DNA of 64,000 nucleotides from Candidatus Chisholmbacteria bacterium RIFCSPHIGHO2_01_FULL_52_32 (GTDB lineage Bacteria; Patescibacteriota; Microgenomatia; UBA1400; Chisholmbacteraceae): NCBI GenBank assembly GCA_001816585.1, contig MHCJ01000003.1, positions 284,228 to 348,227 of the forward strand, read 5' to 3'. Shown piece by piece: positions 60,921 to 64,000 of this stretch (position 1 is its first letter; each line of letters starts with the position of its first letter). The notes under the pieces were generated by a model. It saw only the letters and a program-made list of their open reading frames with translations, ran no database searches and was not told where the DNA came from. The position numbers and the translations under genes were made by a program.

Positions 60921-62135
60921 ATGGGAAGACTGCGACCATTCCTGTATGGCTGCTGCTTGCTGATCATGCTGGTTGCGAGCTGCGTCGTGATGTTGATGCT
61001 GACCAGAGTCACCCCCCTGCTTGATGCCTGGTGGGAGAAGATCAGGACTGTCGCTGCGGAGACAGCCGAGGAGGAAGTTGACTACTTCGATTGGGTTACC
61101 TACCCATATCTCCCCGGTGACGTGGTCCTGTCTGACCAGCTGAAGGAGATGGCGCCCGAGTACGGCTTTACGGAGTACGACATCCAGGCCATGATTGCGG
61201 GCGCAGCTCGCTACGGTATCCGCTGGGAAGACGTGGTCGCCATCCAGATAAACGCTCAATGGGATGAGTGGTACGTTGACATGTTCATCCTGTCGATATC
61301 GATCGCCAAGTTCCTGGATGAGCACGGCTACAACGACGAACCCCCACCCTGCCCGGAACCAACTGCGGTACCGCCTTCGGTCACCCCGGAACCCGGGGGC
61401 TGCATCCCGATCAATCCAAGGTACGAAGCCATCAAGGCCATGAATCCCGCTGGCGGCGAGGAATGGCTCTACCGGGTGCTTGCCACCTCGGATTTCTGGG
61501 CCGGGCCCTTGCACACCGCAGAGATCGATGCGATCGAGCCGGAAGACCTGTTCGACTTGTTCGTCATCTACATGGACCTCCTTTCGTATCAGGTCCATGG
61601 ATACTACGACGTCTTGGTGATCGTCGACGGGCAACCGGTCATCATCTCTGACCCCAACGCACCGGCGATCCCGTACCCGGGTGAAATCGAAGGCTTCTTC
61701 GTCCATCCCTTCCCCGGCAGCTGGATTACCGGTTATGATTTCGGGGATCCCGTGTACAACGAGAAAGGGGAGCTCATCCGAGCCCACCACCCCGGAATCG
61801 ACCTGGGAGGAATCGGAAGGGATCCGGTGTATGCAGCCCACGATGGGCAGATCATCTACGCCGGCTGGATGAACTCGGGATCGCTATGGATCTCCGGGAT
61901 CGTGGTGGCTATCAAGGGCACCTATCCTGACGGGACGCCGGTCTGCACCCTCTATGGGCATGGGGAAAAGGGATCACTGCGGGTGGGTGTCGGAGACCCT
62001 GTTTCGGCCGGGGATCAGCTGATGATCGCTGACGACACCGGGGTCTCCTCTGGTGACCACCTGCATTTTGACCTGCGTTTCGGCGACGGTACATACTGCG
62101 GGCAATCGGTCGATCCGAAGCCCTACATCGACTAG
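60921..62135 (+). CDS. Membrane-anchored M23 peptidase with degenerate lysozyme-like domain
   Basis: HHPGIDL (HxxxD), TLYGH, HLHF (HxH), DP; N-terminal TM; AARYGIRWEDVVAI. Confidence 0.88.
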   Translation: MGRLRPFLYGCCLLIMLVASCVVMLMLTRVTPLLDAWWEKIRTVAAETAEEEVDYFDWVTYPYLPGDVVLSDQLKEMAPEYGFTEYDIQAMIAGAARYGIRWEDVVAIQINAQWDEWYVDMFILSISIAKFLDEHGYNDEPPPCPEPTAVPPSVTPEPGGCIPINPRYEAIKAMNPAGGEEWLYRVLATSDFWAGPLHTAEIDAIEPEDLFDLFVIYMDLLSYQVHGYYDVLVIVDGQPVIISDPNAPAIPYPGEIEGFFVHPFPGSWITGYDFGDPVYNEKGELIRAHHPGIDLGGIGRDPVYAAHDGQIIYAGWMNSGSLWISGIVVAIKGTYPDGTPVCTLYGHGEKGSLRVGVGDPVSAGDQLMIADDTGVSSGDHLHFDLRFGDGTYCGQSVDPKPYID

Positions 62136-62144
62136 GAGGTCTCC

Positions 62145-62945
62145 ATGCGCACAAGAATTGCGGTGATCCTCTGGTCACTCCTCCTCTCAAGCGTCGTGCT
62201 TGCCTGCCGGTTCGAATCCGACGTTATCGAGAATTTCCTGCGCTCGGGAGGAGCTGAAGCAACTTACCAAGCCATGTTCACACCGGCAGACACGCCGACC
62301 CCTCGGGGCCAAGTGGAGTGCGACTTCCTCGATGTGGGATGCAAAACTGTCACCCCAAGCCCACCCAAGGAAGTGCCCTCGCCAGGGCCGACGGCGACCA
62401 GCTTCATCGTGCTACGGTCAGTTTCCATCAAGCCTGCTAATGGGGATTGGGCGCCGTACTTCGAGGAGCCGGACGACATCGGGGACTACGATCCCGGTAG
62501 TTCGTTCTCCCGCATGGGGGTGATGAGCCGGGGCTTATCGGTATCCGTGATCGAGGAGATCCAGGGCGGGCGGTTCCTGAAGGTCCTCCTGTCGGGGGAC
62601 ATGGAACTCAACGACCTTGACATCGACTTCGCGGGAATCGACCCCCAACAGGTCTATCTGATCCCCGGCGAAACACGCTGTGTTGATCACACTTGGAAGC
62701 ACACGGAAGACGAATCCGACTGTCACGCCCACTTCTGGTACGGAACGGGAGCTCGGGCTCAAATCTCGGAGGGTATGCGGTTCATCATCACCTCACAGTC
62801 GGTCGTCCGGCTCACGATCGAGGAAAGCATCCTCCAAGTGGTCCAGGTGATGATCCTTGATCCTGTCTGGATCCGCTGCCAAGATACGGCTACGGGTTGT
62901 CCTTCGGGAACACCCCAACCTGCAACGCTGACCCCCTCGGAGTGA
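62145..62945 (+). CDS. Hypothetical lipoprotein
   Basis: Signal peptide with lipobox VLAC; Thr/Pro-rich linkers; SD AGGAGG. Confidence 0.75.
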   Translation: MRTRIAVILWSLLLSSVVLACRFESDVIENFLRSGGAEATYQAMFTPADTPTPRGQVECDFLDVGCKTVTPSPPKEVPSPGPTATSFIVLRSVSIKPANGDWAPYFEEPDDIGDYDPGSSFSRMGVMSRGLSVSVIEEIQGGRFLKVLLSGDMELNDLDIDFAGIDPQQVYLIPGETRCVDHTWKHTEDESDCHAHFWYGTGARAQISEGMRFIITSQSVVRLTIEESILQVVQVMILDPVWIRCQDTATGCPSGTPQPATLTPSE

Positions 62946-62952
62946 GGCAAAG

Positions 62953-63225
62953 TGGCGTCTGTGCCGACGGTTTTCCGTTTCTGCGCACAGTTCCTTTCAA
63001 ACGCCAGCACCTGACTCCAAAGGGAGTATGAAAAACCCTTTTTGTTCTTTCGCGTTGCCGACGCGAGTCTTCATGCATTGCGTTCGGCGGTGCGGCGAGA
63101 ACCCTGAGGGTTCATGGGCGGGAAGCAGAATTCTGGAAAGCTCAAGTGATGTGGTTGACTCATCGTCAATCATCCTCGTTTAAACACGAGACCACACACT
63201 TGACCCAATTCCAGAAAACTACTTC
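62953..63225 (+). ncRNA. Multi-domain structured non-coding RNA of unknown class
   Basis: Four consecutive nested stem-loop domains (see findings). Confidence 0.6.
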
Positions 63226-63226
63226 A

Positions 63227-63307
63227 CCGCACCTCTCCCGATAACATCGGGACTGATGAGATCTGGCCAGGGAAATCTTGATCCCTGGCAAAGATCGAAA
63301 GGTGCGG
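63227..63307 (+). ncRNA. Hammerhead ribozyme, type III
   Basis: Stem III CCGCACCT/AGGTGCGG, cleavage triplet CUC, stem I TCCCGAT/ATCGGGA, core CTGATGA, stem II GATCT/AGATC extended by GCCAGGGA/TCCCTGGC, GAAA. Confidence 0.9.
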
Positions 63308-63458
63308 AGAGAAAGATTGCTAAATTGTTTTATTGATTTACTGTTTTATAAAAAAAGGAGATAGAAAGTCCGTTGAAGTGCTTTGTGGGGAGAAAAGAGA
63401 AGGAAGTAAGGTGTAAGGAATAAGGAAGAGGAAGTCAGACACAAAGGGTGTTTTTCCC

Positions 63459-64000
63459 TTACGATTCTTCCGCTACCTCCTCCTGAGAAAGATCAATATC
63501 CGATACTTCGGGGACCGGCGCATCAAGCTTTGGGGCGTCATCCCCTTCTCTTCTACTGAGGGGAGGAATTCTGAAAAACTTTTTGAATTTCCCTCCCGTT
63601 GCCATTTCGTATTCGGCTAGCATATCCGCAGCCTCATCCCATCTGCTCAAGGGAAAATAGGAGAGATAATTGGCTATCACCAGCTGATATTCAATAGAAG
63701 GAAGGGGCGCAATCATATTTCCCAAGATTTCCGTTCCTCTTACCAGTTTCGTGGTTGCCAACCTCAACACCCCCTGTTTCACCTCTTGAGGTAATTTCCG
63801 GTCATCATCATTCGGGGTCATCCTCAACCAGTCTCCGACATACAATTGGCTGTGTGTTCCATGCGTCTGGAAAAAAAGTTCTCTTATCGAGGAAATATTC
63901 TCCCCATCAAATTCCTTCCCATCCTCCCTGCGCGGTCGCAGACGCAGGAACAACCGCGTCCGGAAGTCATCTGGGTCCGCAAACCAGTCCGCCGACTGCC
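63459..64000 (-). CDS. Hypothetical protein (3' part; frame open to window edge)
   Basis: No stop codon between 63953 and 64000 in frame; acidic C-terminus. Confidence 0.65.
   Translation of the reverse strand, partial: QSADWFADPDDFRTRLFLRLRPRREDGKEFDGENISSIRELFFQTHGTHSQLYVGDWLRMTPNDDDRKLPQEVKQGVLRLATTKLVRGTEILGNMIAPLPSIEYQLVIANYLSYFPLSRWDEAADMLAEYEMATGGKFKKFFRIPPLSRREGDDAPKLDAPVPEVSDIDLSQEEVAEES

Noticed and set aside
60315-61841. 508-aa minus-strand ORF (and other long antisense ORFs in the island)
   Set aside because: A shadow of GC-rich sense genes that carry clear motifs and SDs.
63090-63120. GTGCG as a possible group II intron 5' end
   Set aside because: No domain V/VI signature or RT ORF follows, and the bases are explained by the GCACC/GGTGC stem.
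55110-63325. Possible terminal inverted repeat (TTTTCTCTC / GAGAGAAAA) bounding the island
   Set aside because: Short, low-complexity match with no target duplication or transposase.
63363-63372. AGAAAGTCC resembling the RNase P GAGGAAAGTCC motif
   Set aside because: Only a partial match in AT-rich spacer, with no other RNase P conserved regions.

Overview
The window looks like the chromosome of a Patescibacteria (CPR) bacterium, probably Microgenomates-like; this is inferred from gene content and style only. Positions 1-54 kb are mostly housekeeping: uvrB (partial) and lexA, a sugar-phosphate/lower-glycolysis/2-oxoacid:ferredoxin oxidoreductase/Acs cluster, holA, a dinB cassette, ruvCAB, an F1Fo ATP synthase operon interrupted by a CBS-domain gene, tkt, rplS, pyrG, prs, dnaE, gatCAB, htpX/lemA, polX, five tRNAs and a surface-glycan cluster. 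The most interesting part is 55.4-63.3 kb. It is a visibly GC-richer six-gene operon resembling a minimal, very divergent type IV secretion system: VirB2-like, VirB6-like, PrgI/VirB3-like, VirB4-like ATPase, M23 peptidase and a lipoprotein, with no relaxase, coupling protein or integrase seen. A structured 5' leader precedes it. It is followed directly by a ~280-nt densely base-paired non-coding region that ends in a type III hammerhead ribozyme (63227-63307) with the full consensus core. Other non-coding observations are a candidate long-spacer SOS box, an IS200/IS605-end-like miniature element, a 6S-like rod RNA, an intact tRNA-Thr nested inside a decayed tRNA-Thr, heptamer repeat tracts and many apparently leaderless genes.
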